DNA from: Octopus bimaculoides
Lineage: Eukaryota
DNA length: 64,000 bases
Direction of reading: 5' to 3'
Assembly (NCBI RefSeq): GCF_001194135.2
Contig: NC_068992.1
Coordinates: 45,281,431 to 45,345,430 of the forward strand
The translations under genes and the position numbers were made by a program. Position 1 is the stretch's first letter; every line of letters starts with the position of its first letter. Shown piece by piece: positions 12,529-25,856 of the stretch. Under the pieces are notes generated by a model. That model made no database searches. It was given only the letters and a program-made list of their open reading frames with translations, and was not told where the DNA came from.

Positions 12529-12744
12529 TTGTATGTATGTATGTATGTATGTGTACGAGAGCGTGGACAAGCAAAAGAAAGTGACACTCCTTATATTCAG
12601 TAGGAGTTACATATATTTTTTAACGACAGCTTGATTCAGCAGCTCTATATGACTTAACGTTTCGTGGGTGTGTAAGACGGACACATATCATCAGATGACG
12701 TTTAATCGCAGCCTGCAAAAATAACACATCAAGCAGCTCGCGAA

Positions 12745-13181
12745 AGTGGACTAGCAAGACACACAGTACGTACGATGTAGCCTAAAGAATTGAATTTCCG
12801 CCTGAGGAGCTAAAACGTGAAAACTCTGACTGGAGAAATCCAGAAGTCCATAATACCAAGAAGTCCAGATCTCATTCCATGTGATTTTGGTTACACAAAA
12901 AAGGAGGTGTACAAGACAAAACCTCGCACATTGGATGACTCGAAGACACGGATTCAGGAGATTCTCAATAATATCCCAGACGGCGTTCTTCAGAAGGTTA
13001 TTCATTCCATCCCTGGCCGTTTGAGGAATCTGGTTGATGCCACCGGTGCTTAAGTTGAAATAGGAAAATTTACTTTCATTTTCTCATGTAACAACGAACA
13101 TGCATCATTTGTTTCAATAAATTTGTAAAACGAACATGGATTTTATTACCAATCTTTAATGCCTACTTAGTTTCCCCCACC

Positions 13182-13184
<3 letters not shown>
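12745..13184 (+). mobile_element. Tc1/mariner-superfamily transposase C-terminus plus right terminus (maT/DD37D-like), degenerate
   Basis: PRSPDLIPCDFGYTKKEVYKTKPRTLDDSKTRIQEILNNIPDGVLQKVIHSIPGRLRNLVDATGA matches the PRSPDL.PCDF..WGYLK..VY..KP.TL..LK.RI motif. The element ends ...gtttcccccaccgtg followed directly by TA (TA target). Confidence 0.85.
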
Positions 13185-13237
<53 letters not shown>

Positions 13238-13528
13238 NNNNNNNNNNNNNNNNNNNNNNNNNNNNNNNNNNNNNNNNNNNNNNNNNNNNNNNNNNNNNNN
13301 NNNNNNNNNNNNNNNNNNNNNNNNNNNNNNNNNNNNNNNNNNNNNNNNNNNNNNNNNNNNNNNNNNNNNNNNNNNNNNNNNNNNNNNNNNNNNNNNNNNN
13401 NNNNNNNNNNNNNNNNNNNNNNNNNNNNNNNNNNNNNNNNNNNNNNNNNNNNNNNNNNNNNNNNNNNNNNNNNNNNNNNNNNNNNNNNNNNNNNNNNATA
13501 GAACAAAAAAAAAATTTTGTATTCGAAT

Positions 13529-13903
13529 TTATTTCATGTAAAAAATTGTCTTATTTCGATAATTTCTACTAATCACTGACGTCTATTCAGTTGAAAACAG
13601 TTAGCGCTGTAACGGTGTATATCGTATTAATCCCCTAACTAGACTGTTAACCCTAACCCTAACCCTAACCCTAAAACTAACCCTAACTCTAGAATCCGAA
13701 CTCTAAAATTGTTACACACATAGATACGCACAGCGTAATTTATTATATAAACAATATATGCGTATAAATTACGATTAAACCGGATGAAATATGTCACAGG
13801 GAATAACATTTTTATGACCGCCCAGCAGTAACTCTATTCAGCTGAATAGACGTCAGTGATTGATTGAAATTACAGAAATACGACAACTTTAACAGGGAAT
13901 AAC
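13529..13903. mobile_element. ~375-bp non-autonomous TIR element (MITE-like) with internal telomeric (CCCTAA)n
   Basis: ~65-bp inverted ends: aatttctactaatcactgacgtctattcagttgaa (13561-13595) versus ttcagctgaatagacgtcagtgattgattgaaatt (13837-13871), extending outward with mismatches. (CCCTAA)n and variants lie at 13648-13690. Confidence 0.75.
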
Positions 13904-14646
13904 TTGCGATGTACGTTTTTTTGTTTAGAAGACTAAGAGTAAAAGATGTTTTATATGACACATTCTACCAGTGTCCCAAGTTTCAAAGTGTTTCGTTAGT
14001 GTTTCGTTAAGAAAATACTGGTGCCCCCGTTTTGAAATAGATCTCAAGATATTAAAAACAAAACAAAACAAAACAAACTGTGGACCTTTTCACCCAAGGT
14101 GTTGCAGTGTATGATTCTAATTTTCTTTTGCAGTAACTGGGACCTTCGGAACAAAACAGTAACGACCAGTTCGAGGATTGGTATAACCATTAATACTGAA
14201 ATTTAGTTGAAGAAAATTTGGTTGCTATTTCTGGCAGGCCGAGAACTCCCAGGACAAGATATATGCCCTCAGCTTTTTCTTTCATCACGTGATGCTATAA
14301 GTCGTCTGCTCTTTGTCTCTGCTGGTTGTAAATCCGTTAATTCCTCTCTTTCTCCTTAGTTTTGACCTATGACTTCCACCCCCACATAGTGTTGTATGCC
14401 TCATCCTTACCCTCCTAATTCTCACTCACCCCATGTCTCTAACCTTTCCCCCTCGTACTTATATTTCCTCCCATTCTCAATCTCCTTTGTCACATTCACA
14501 TAAACACATTCACCGAAACCTTTCACGTCCTCTCTTTCTCTCTCTCTTTGTATCTGTGTGTGTGTATGTTGCCTGCGTATCTGTGTATGCGGACGTGCGT
14601 ACGCATACACGTATAGTAACTTTGTTGGTCATGCATTCACACACAT

Positions 14647-14700
<54 letters not shown>

Positions 14701-14864
14701 ATGTATGTATATATGTATGCGTATGTGTATGTATATATATCTATATATCTACATATATATACATACACACATATTTATACATTCTATATGCATCTATTGG
14801 TATACACTTACGTATATACGAATATGTATGAGTGCGTTAACGTAAATGTGTGTGTATAAATGCC

Positions 14865-14904
<40 letters not shown>

Positions 14905-15405
14905 TGTGTTCGTATATATATAAATGAATACACATTCAGATACACACACATATGTTTAGGATGCAAACTGCAAGATAATATTGTTCAAGTTGAATTAGTT
15001 TTTGTCGAGATATAGGATGTTATTGCAATGTAATTTGCAAATAGCTACAGCTATTGTAGAACACAACAGAACAGAGTTGGTAACGGTGGGAGATATATAT
15101 ACAGAGGAAATAGCAAGAAGAGAGAGAGAGAGAGAGAGAGAGGGGGGAGTGGAGAGAGAGAAAAGTGAGTGAGAAGCAGAGTGAATGAGTTGCAATCATT
15201 TCATCTAATCTGGCCATATCTAATGAAATGTTATTCTCTACAGAGAAGTTAGAAGCGAGAAGTGACAACGTCCATTAAGTCTTATCGAAATACACCATGG
15301 ACAATATTTAAACGGAGATCAGATAAACAGAATGTACAAAGAATCGGCTTGCTGATTACATTGTTAACAGCAGTTTCGGATGAACGAAATCTATCTGGCT
15401 TCCCA

Positions 15406-15468
<63 letters not shown>

Positions 15469-16599
15469 CACACGCACACACACACACACTGACACTGTTT
15501 TTCTTCACCTCTCCCTCACATCCACCGTATCAGAGCGTGACGGGATGTACAATTTGTACAACGATAACAACAACAACAACAACAGCAACAACAACGACGA
15601 CAACAACAACAGCAAAATGATGTTGCTTCGAACATTGATCTAGTGAGAACTAAGTCCAGTTAAATCAGATTTTCTGGAGTAACGAAACTAAAACGCCACT
15701 GAATCGGTGGAGAGGTTACTTCCGGTGTTTAGGAATGTCTATCAAAAACCAAGAATGCTGGGAGATCTTTACTGTTAAGCTTCAAATCAGCTTTGATCCA
15801 ACAGATGAAACGTAATCAAAGATTTTAAAGTCGTGATTATCCCGTCTTTCTGTTTTCTTGAATACATTATGTATCTAGGACTACATTAACAAATGTGTCC
15901 TTAAAAATAAACTTGGCTGTGAATTAGAAAAGATTTGGCTGTTCTTGGCAGAGTGGTGGCTGCATAGAAGTTTTCTCACTGCTTTGTATAGCGACAAGTT
16001 CTTGATTGAGCCTCATTGGTACGCAAGAGTTTCAATTCCCGGTGAAACAATTTATTTCAGTTTTTGACAGTCAAACTTCGACCTTGACACAATCGATAAA
16101 GTGAGTATTGTTATTTCGATACAGAAATGCATTATTCACGTAATTCTATAGGAGTATGAAAGCAACGATGAAAGTTAAGGCAAAAATGGACATTTTTATT
16201 TCACACACACACATATGAAATGTCATTTGGTGGCACCCAAGCATAACTTGTCAATCTCGGTCGACAGCTTTACATATCTCAGAAGCTGAAGTTGAAGTTA
16301 AGACCAGCATAAATAAAACATTATCATCATTCTAACGCTTTCGTCTGATATAGAAATCGAAAACCACCAGGAAGAAGTTAAAGCTGCAGCTATACTCCTC
16401 TTTTGTTATGCCAACAGTAATCTACACTAGTGAATCCTGTTTGTGTAGAGTTTGTGCATGTATGCATGAATATTGCTGCCGTTGTTGATAATCTTAACAT
16501 TAGGTCAACCTGATGAAGCTGATCTTTGAAAAATGTATTGTTGTTGAGAGCAATCTTACCCTTTCCCACGTAACCTATGTTTCTGTTCGCTTGCCTCTT

Positions 16600-17600
16600 G
16601 TCGGATCGAAACTAAGACTACCCAAGACGCTTTTAGGTATTTCTTCTATTAAACGAAATAGAAAGCATCCAATATTCTCTGTAAATTTAGTCTGACTGTG
16701 TGTTAGGCCGTTGATGTGACTTTTAATAACATCCTATCGTTTTCACGTTATTTTCCTTTTTGATGTCTGCCTTTCTAGCTTCTTTCTCATACAACACATC
16801 GTTAACATTTTCGTATTTCAGAATTCACAATTCTCATCGGAAGACTACGTTACTCAATTACACGACCGTAACCATATATTTCACCCGCGAAGCAAGCAAA
16901 ATACATGAGAAAATACTCTTCAAATATTTTACAGCCGAACTGCTTTTGCTCAACAACCTACCTTGCTTTCTCTGCTTATTACTCCTGGTGTCTGTCAGCT
17001 AATGTTTTTCACCACTGCATTTTCCCACATGGTTGCAAGAGGATAGAGTTCTTACACTCAGCCAGTTTCTGGTGCTCAGGAGTAGGTGACAATCTGAAGA
17101 GATAGGTGGTAATGTTGGCAGAACAATCTCAGCTATTTGCTGTCTTTGTTGAGTCTGCTGCCATACACCATACTCTTTCTTGCTCTTCTAGTTCTCTAGT
17201 AGCATGGAGCTTTCAAGTGGCTCTAACTCGCACATTCACTGGGGTTTTTTGCCATGCACTGCCATTCTTATTGTTTTTGTTTCCATCACCATGATGCGAC
17301 ATATCTCTAGGACTACCCTATGGTTTTCGGAATACTTGGAAACTTCTAACGCACTTTCCCAACAATATTTCCTTTTCTGCCACGTCATCATTCTTCATCT
17401 GCCAATATACCCACGCCTCATCTTCGATCTTAAAAAGTAAGTAGGCACTGCCATATGCCACTTCCCGGTCTATGAAGAGCACTCTGCTTCATATCGACCA
17501 TGGTTTCTTTACTTGCTCTTTTGAGGCTACATTGAACGCTTCCCTGTTTTTCACACTAATTTTCCAGCTCATACACTCAGATGTAAATTTTCCAGGCAAG
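16600..17600 (-). mobile_element. Highly decayed RTE-like LINE RT region
   Basis: Minus-strand fragments in the expected order: VDMKQSALHRPGSGIW (cf. VD.EKAFDRVPR..IW), P*GS (cf. HQGS), GSAW (cf. G.PW), ELEEQERVW (cf. ELEEKF..W). Many stops and frameshifts. Confidence 0.4.
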
Positions 17601-17826
17601 GAAATACACAGCTGTGCCGCACCACATTTTATTCTCGATTTATTTCGCCAAATTGCCTGCCTCCTACAACATCGGTGAAACTAACATTTTCGCTCGACAA
17701 TCTGCGTGCGTGTGTGTGTGTGTGTTTGTGTGCACGCGCGCGTGTATGTGTATATTTGTACGCGTTTGTGTGTGTGTTTGCGTGTGTGTGAGACCCTGTA
17801 AGAAAGAGAGGGGGAACGAAAACAGA

Positions 17827-17876
<50 letters not shown>

Positions 17877-18394
17877 GAGAAATAGAGAGTAAGATAAAGA
17901 AAGAAAGAGTCTGAGATAGATATTGATAGATAGATAGAAAGACAGAGAGAGAGAGAGAAAGAATAGTAGTGCGTGTTTGTGCGCACGTGCGTGTGATGCT
18001 GTTGCCAAAATTGTTGATGGAAATGTTTACGCTAAGGTCACCAGTCTACAAAAATGTCACTATATTTTACTTTCAATATTTTTTTGTTGTTAGATATTTT
18101 TGTTCATTTTCTACCTTTTCCTGTTAAATGTCCATAAAAACGTGTTTGTTCAGGTTCAAATTTTTGCAAAAATTCTTGCTTGAAGAAACACTTTTGATTG
18201 TTTACGACTCAAGAAGAGAATATATATTTTCTTTATAAATTAAAAGTGAACAATGAAGTAAACAATTAATTTATTAATTAGCCTTCTAGGTAGAAATTCT
18301 GCATTAGATAAAACACTTTTCCACTTAAATTCACTACTTGAATCCACGAATTTGGTGACCGCAACGTAACACATTGGAGTGACATAACAACAAC

Positions 18395-18406
18395 GGTAAC
18401 AACATC

Positions 18407-18455
<49 letters not shown>

Positions 18456-18480
18456 GCAATGAAGATGATGACGATGACGT

Positions 18481-18511
<31 letters not shown>

Positions 18512-18570
18512 AACGACAAGAGGAAGAAGAAGAGAAACAACAACAACAGCGCCAACGGCAACAACAAAAC
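18395..18570. repeat. Compound trinucleotide array (AAC)/(AAT)/(GAT)/(AAC)
   Basis: Direct reading. Confidence 0.95.
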
Positions 18571-19077
18571 GCTTTAGATATGTTCTGTTTAATGATCAAA
18601 GGCTCAATTCCATATCCATAAAACGGTTCGGGAGACCACATAGACACAAAAGACATGCAACTGATGGCCTGGTTATAGAATTCTATGCTCTCCACACTTC
18701 TCTCTCTCTTTTTTTCTTTCTGTATATATTATATATATATATATGTGTGAGCGTGCGTGTGTGTATGTATGTATACATGTATGAGTATATGTATATTTAT
18801 ATATAGACAGACACATATGCACATGAATTTTGTATGTGTGTGTATGTGTATATGTGCGTGTGTGTGTGTGTGTGTGTGCGTGTATGTGCATTTGCGTCTG
18901 TGTGCGTGGAATATTAATGTTCAAATATGGAAATATAGCAGACAGCTTTATGCACTAAGCTAAGCTTTTAAAATTATCTTTTCGCTTTTGTTATAGAATT
19001 TTATTTGGTCAGCTGTGTCTGGCGTTATGCAATAGAATTTGGATACCAAGTAGACGCATGTATAGAAATATGTATGC

Positions 19078-19127
<50 letters not shown>

Positions 19128-19999
19128 GCATATAAATATGTAAATGTATATGTATATATAAATATGTATATATATATGCGTGAGTGTGTGTATATATGTG
19201 TGTATGTATGTATGTATGTATGTATGTATGTATGTATGTATGTATATATATAAATAAATATATANNNNNNNNNNNNNNNNNNNNNNNNNNNNNNNNNNNN
19301 NNNNNNNNNNNNNNNNNNNNNNNNNNNNNNNNNNNNNNNNNNNNNNNNNNNNNNNNNNNNNNNNNNNNNNNNNNNNNNNNNNNNNNNNNNNNNNNNNNNN
19401 NNNNNNNNNNNNNNNNNNNNNNNNNNNNNNNNNNNNNNNNNNNNNNNNNNNNNNNNNNNNNNNNNNNNNNNNNNNNNNNNNNNNNNNNNNNNNNNNNNNN
19501 NNNNNNNNNNNNNNNNNNNNNNNNNNNNNNNNNNNNNNNNNNNNNNNNNNNNNNNNNNNNNNNNNNNNNNNNNNNNNNNNNNNNNNNNNNNNNNNNNNNN
19601 NNNNNNNNNNNNNNNNNNNNNNNNNNNNNNNNNNNNNNNNNNNNNNNNNNNNNNNNNNNNNNNNNNNNNNNNNNNNNNNNNNNNNNNNNNNNNNNNNNNN
19701 NNNNNNNNNNNNNNNNNNNNNNNNNNNNNNNNNNNNNNNNNNNNNNNNNNNNNNNNNNNNNNNNNNNNNNNNNNNNNNNNNNNNNNNNNNNNNNNNNNNN
19801 NNNNNNNNNNNNNNNNNNNNNNNNNNNNNNNNNNNNNNNNNNNNNNNNNNNNNNNNNNNNNNNNNNNNNNNNNNNNNNNNNNNNNNNNNNNNNNNNNNNN
19901 NNNNNNNNNNNNNNNNNNNNNNNNNNNNNNNNNNNNNNNNNNNNNNNNNNNNNNNNNNNNNNNNNNNNNNNNNNNNNNNNNNNNNNNNNNNNNNNNNNN

Positions 20000-20037
<38 letters not shown>

Positions 20038-20439
20038 TACGTATATATTGCACTCCCACACACACAGATATATTTTAGAAAGAGAGATAACAGTACATAG
20101 AACTGACAAGTAGATATTCATGTTAAGAATTAGTAGAATTATTCCGTTCTTCTATTGCGAAGAAACTGAGGAACCATGTGTCAAATGACTGATAGTCTTC
20201 TGGGGATGTAATTTTTCAATTAAATACCGAATACACTTTGCTATAAACAACTGAACATGTCGCGTGAACATAGTTCAATATGGGCCACACGGTAAGTGTA
20301 TCATCTCTTTAGAAAAGCGCACTAAGTTCGAATCGTTTCAGAGGGCATCTTTCCGTTTTCTCAATCAGAAATTTACAAATTCGTGTTTACGAAAATATAA
20401 TGCGCAATGAATTGTGTAAACATACATACAAGGCCTTAA

Positions 20440-20835
20440 GATTCAATTTTGGTATGAATCTAGGAGTTTGCTTTCTAATGCTCGTCCTCGGGTATTGGTT
20501 ACCAGATGCATTTGCTTATATGTTTTTTCATCATACCTAATTTTTATAAGGATTGCTTCTGTTTTTAGGCTCCACGTTCGTGTTATCTTTATTTTATAAT
20601 TTCGAAAGTTTCTCTGTATTTTTGAAGATACATAATCATCTGTTGGTATTGATACATCGAATAGAAGCCATTTTTCCTTGTTGGTCTCTGACAACTACAT
20701 TCGGTCTATTAAAGTTGATCTCTATCTGTGTCTATTGGCATATCCCAGTGTAAGGCTACTTTATCAATTCAGAGACCTCTTCTGGGATATGCTTCTACCA
20801 ACTTTTTTCTGTTGTCATTCCAAAGAATACCAGGT
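20440..20835 (-). mobile_element. Dong/R4-clade non-LTR retrotransposon, restriction-like endonuclease (RLE) 3' fragment
   Basis: Across frameshifts the minus strand gives KHIPEEVSE...LHWDMPIDTDR..RPNVVVRDQQ.KWLLFDVSIPTDD...ITRTWSLKTE, matching the WD..I.TD....RPD.V...D...P RLE motif. Confidence 0.8.
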
Positions 20836-20929
20836 ATATACATGAGCATACATAGACGAAGACAAATCGGTGGACTTGTAACGAAGCACTTGGAAAAATA
20901 AGTCCACATTGGCCGGCATCGATTATTGT

Positions 20930-21245
20930 TGCTGGACTGAAGACCCAGGGAAAGTGCTCGAATCAGGTACTGTAAAAAGGGACTGGGAAGAGATCGTGTG
21001 CATGGTGGCCAATGTCGCTAGAAAATAGGGTGACAGGAAGCTGTTTCTTAAAGGCCGTACCGAGGCAGTTAATGCACACATCACATCTGTGGCGTAGCAC
21101 CGCTCTACTCTTGTACCTTGTCTCAAGAAACTTTTGATTAGTATCCAGTGCCTGCTTTACTGCTTCTTATGGAATGGTCAGGTGCTACTGGCCAGGAAAT
21201 CAATCTCCTGTCAACAACCACTACGTGGTGGTCTCAAATGCCATC
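20930..21245 (+). mobile_element. L1/Tx1-clade LINE post-RT fragment, pseudogenised
   Basis: Frame from 20972: VKRDWEEIVCMVANVARK*GDRKLFLKGRTEAVNAHITSVA*HRSTLVPCLKKLLISIQCLLYCFLWNGQVLLARKSISCQQPLRGGLK, matching W..R.LSL.GR...N...FLW.G.....GGL. Confidence 0.75.
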
Positions 21246-23007
21246 CTTGATAATGCGTCGGCTCGAGCTCAAGCTAATTGCAGTTACAGAAATATCTAAA
21301 TTATGGTGATGATGTCAGTGATGACAACAAAACAAGGGCGCCTTTGTATGTGTGTATGTTTGTATGTATATATCTATGTATGTATGTATGTATGTATGTA
21401 TGTATGTATGTATGTATGTATGTATGTATGTACGTATGTACGTGTGTATGTGTGTGTTTGTGTGTGTTTGGATTTACGAAGCAATGTATCATGTGATGAA
21501 AGTTATAATTGATTATATTGGCCTCATTAAATAACTGACACTTATGTTATTGATTTCTTCATTGATGTGATTCCAGACTCGAACATAGAGTGTATGTGTG
21601 TGCGCACGCATATGTGTGTGGTAGGGCAACTAATTAGTACAAGACGTAACAACCTTTGTTCAACAGATTCTGATGGTTCCCGCTACCGATCAGTCATTTC
21701 TGTTTGTAATACATTTGGTGCAATATAGATTATCTCTTGGATGATACGATTATCTCTTGGATGAGCGATTATCTCTTATATCTAAAATTCCAAAAGTATG
21801 GTTGAAGTGTTCTTGGTGACACATGTTATATTGCAAGAACACTTGATTAAGCCTAAGCAAACAATATGATATGCCGCAACTGATATCCCGCAAGGGCCTT
21901 TTATTGGATAACGTCTCAAGTTAATGTATAGAAAGGGGATGGTGTATACCTTAGAATTGATTTTGTTTATATCTGGTATTTTAACGATTATGAGAGGATA
22001 AATGATAAAACCTAATTTGGGGGAATTTGAATAGAAATATATAAAGACTTGAAGTAAATACTGAGAGTAAATATGGTAATCTGTCGTCCCTGCTGTTCTA
22101 AAACCTGATAGAAACAAATGAAGAAAAAGAAAATAATGATGATAAACCATTACATCCTAAATAATTATAAACAATTTCAGAATTTGAAATGATTGTGTAA
22201 AATTTTGTTTCGTTTTACCAAATTGATCTTGACCATGGTTTGAAGGTAACTGGACATTTTCTCAGAAGCACCGTGTTATTTAAGGCCGCATTATTTAATG
22301 GGAAAAACTGTTGATACTTGAATATCCCAAGAGATTGCATTACAAATTTGCTTTTTAGATAGCTGTTGGGATATTTTCCATAGAAATCGGGCGCCAATAA
22401 TTCATAATAGAATTTAATTGGTAAAATTAATCAAAACTATTTTCTTTCTTTTTATTACTTTCAAAAAGGGACATGAAAAAATATATTGAAAATTTCATGG
22501 GAATTTTAAATATTTATGTTCAGATATTTAAAGCTATTTTTGTCTAATATCAAAATTATGGCAGAACTTAAATTAATTAATTACAAAATTGTTTATAAAT
22601 CCTTCTTATAAAAAAAGAAGCACCTAATGCTGAAATTACTTCGTAGTTTGGGATCATTAACTTAGCAACGATGCTTTCTTTTCGATGGAAATATTTTGGC
22701 AACATCCAACGTAATTTACTCCCTGCAACTATATTTCATGCTAAAATATTATTAACCCTTGTAAAATTTGTTTCGCAATTTTTTTCATTCTTCAATACCA
22801 GGATCATATATCAGCACTGCAAACTATCTAACATACTCAACTTTTTTTCGTTAGAATCTAGAGCACTCACCTTTTTGGTTTAGAAAAAATGCTTTTTTTT
22901 TCTATCCCAGGTTACTTCCGACCCATTAGGCTTATGATTAGTAACGGTCTACATTTGACCATTTTCTTTATACCTAAGGACTGACTCACCCCTTCTCTCT
23001 CTCTCTC

Positions 23008-23045
<38 letters not shown>

Positions 23046-23540
23046 NNNNNNNNNNNNNNNNNNNNNNNNNNNNNNNNNNNNNNNNNNNNNNNNNNNNNNN
23101 NNNNNNNNNNNNNNNNNNNNNNNNNNNNNNNNNNNNNNNNNNNNNNNNNNNNNNNNNNNNNNNNNNNNNNNNNNNNATATATATATATATATATATATAC
23201 AGTGTATCACAACAGTATTACTTGGGTTAGCGATGACAAATCAAAGATATATACAAAAATAGACTGAACACTATTTTTATACCAACGCTTTTTAAAAACC
23301 ATCGCTATATTTGATCATACACATTGTTTATTTCAAACATTTTCTATGTTTAAGGTCGTGAGCCAATATAGCCTCATTGAAATTAAGTTACTTGTGGTCC
23401 CTCCCTCCCTCGCTCTCTCCCTCCCTTTCTCTCTCTCCCCCTTACTATTATAGTCTGACACGTATATATATATGTGCGTGCGTGTGTGTGTGTGTGTGTG
23501 TGCGTGTGTGCATATATACATATGTATATGTGCGTTTCTC

Positions 23541-23601
<61 letters not shown>

Positions 23602-23659
23602 ATATATGCACACGCATACATTCATACACACATACATACATACATACAAACGAACAAAG

Positions 23660-23765
23660 ATATCCTGTTGTTGATGTTAAAATTCCAATGAAGGAGCCTT
23701 GGATCTAGGTTAGAAACCGGTTCTTTCTCTATTGGCAGGAAATCGTGAAATAAACTGAATAATGA
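23660..23765 (+). repeat. Short interspersed-repeat end; partial second copy at ~46035-46060
   Basis: gttgatgttaaaattccaatgaaggagccttggatc versus gttgatgttgaaattccagtgacagagacttggag. Both lie downstream of (TCTA)n-containing microsatellite clusters. Confidence 0.4.
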
Positions 23766-24781
23766 TATACATACATGCATATATGCAAACATACACACAT
23801 AAATATATACATTCTATGTTTTTTTTGTGGTTGGATTACATTGTTATCTTTACACTCCTCTCAAAATCGGAAGCGTGAAATCAGGAATTTGTTAAGTTTT
23901 CGGTTTTCTTCACGCACGCGATTGCACGCGCGCGCGCACACACAGAGATAGACGTGCATGCATGTGCATGAATGTGTATGTGTGTGTGATTGTGTGATGT
24001 GATAAAGAGGGAAAGAAAGAGAGTGGCGGTTTAGTGTATCAAGAAGAAAATCCAATGTGGGAGTTAAGCAATATAAATCATATTGTGTAAACCCCGTGAT
24101 TTCTCAACTGATCTCTGAGAAAATATAAAATGGCGATTTTATCAAAATGTAAAATGTTGAATTAGATAGAAGCTTTTTATGGTTGAATCTCCGATTTTCT
24201 GGTTTGTATTTTTGAACTGAAAATCACGAGGATTCCACCGTGTGAAATCCCCACTCTCACAATTTTATTGTGCAACGCCCTCTAGATCGTATATGAGGTT
24301 TTGATTCATCTTTCGATAGTAATATCTTTTCAATCATTGTATTTGATTCTCGTGTACTAAATCAGATATTTACCTTAAAGTGTATTGTCGGTTGAACTGA
24401 AGTGAAATGTTTTCAAGCCTTGATAGAAATTCTATCATCAATTTGATTGGCCCGCAGCTTAACTGTACTGCAGAGTTCTTATCAGACGGTAATAGAATAT
24501 TGTTTTAGGAAATTTTGAAGTGAAGACCAGTAAATTTGCTGATGTGTTATTGCTTCTCGTTCCTTCCTTCAATATCTCTGAAGATCTTTACATATAAGTC
24601 CGTAAGGACTTCATTTTAACGTTTTTTGCTTCATTTGACGCCATCTTACTGAGATAATAACTTTCTATTCCACCTGCTCTCTGCACAATTTGATCTTTGT
24701 CACTAATCTCGTCATTGTATTGGGAAAACTTTTCCTATGGAACCAAAATACACACACACACACACACCCACACACACACAG

Positions 24782-24846
<65 letters not shown>

Positions 24847-25554
24847 TACACACACACACACATGCGAGCAAAATCGAAGAAATGCAAAAAAGAAATAATG
24901 AAGACAATAGGAAAGAATAGATGACAAACGGAAAAATGTATTTATAAAAAATATGCAAATGGTTTTGCTTGTACTGATCGATAATCGATGGTAAGTTTGT
25001 AGCTAAGCGACTATAAACGATTAATCAGTCCTTATTGGTACTTAATATTTTATTGAGGCTTAGCATATGGAAAGCACATTACACCACGAGTGACACTGAA
25101 ACTCTAGATTACTAGAAATAAGCTCAAATGATAAAATTCTAATACGGGATCAATACAACCGGTGGTTTTGGAGAGTACTGTAGCAGAGAATACTAAGCTC
25201 TTTATATGACTGGTACTTTTTCGGTCACAAAGAAGTATATTGATGCCAGCATACTCGAGATTCGAAATAAGGATTCGATGGGACTTTCTATCAAGCCTGA
25301 TATTCCACTGTCTTCCCCCAGTTTTGAACAACGCAAGACATTCAGTATGAGACAAGCACCTCCACCCAGCTAAGCCTGCATCCAGAGACATGTTTCTGAG
25401 TCTTTGCTCGACATCAGTCTGGAGTAGCAATGGCCTGCTAGTTGGAGATGCCTGTCAAGCTCTCGTAAGCATATAATAATTCCAGTGAAACACATTCACT
25501 GATTTCAAAAATAGAAATAATCTTCAACTAGCAGGCCAACTTAGCTAAGCAGGA

Positions 25555-25713
25555 GGAGGAGGAAGAGAAAAAGACGAAAAGGGAAGAAGAGGGGGAGAAG
25601 GAGGAGGAGGAGAAGAAGAAGAAGAAGAAGAAGAAGAAGAAGAAGAAGAAGAAGAAGAAGATAGGAAGGAGGAGTTGTAGAAGAATAAGAATCAGGCGGA
25701 GAATATGAATAAT

Positions 25714-25787
<74 letters not shown>

Positions 25788-25806
25788 TAATCATCATAAT
25801 AATAGC

Positions 25807-25856
<50 letters not shown>
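25555..25856. repeat. (GGA)/(GAA)n followed by long (AAT)n arrays
   Basis: Direct reading. Confidence 0.95.

Noticed and set aside
10945-16535. CTGATGA boxes at ~10947, ~11608 and ~16510 as hammerheads or snoRNAs
   Set aside because: None has a stem II plus GAAA plus stem III arrangement or paired C/D terminal stems.
17300-17600. Gypsy RNase H reading (EAFN...AEKEILL)
   Set aside because: The ordered RTE RT motifs explain the region better; both readings are weak.
18570-18670. RHKR furin-like site in ORF 18459-18806
   Set aside because: Embedded in a repeat-derived ORF with no convincing donor or signal peptide.
21737-21920. Triple attatctcttggatga duplication and a nearby DIPQG (RT motif B-like) peptide
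   Set aside because: The short local duplication is unremarkable and a single 4-aa motif is insufficient.
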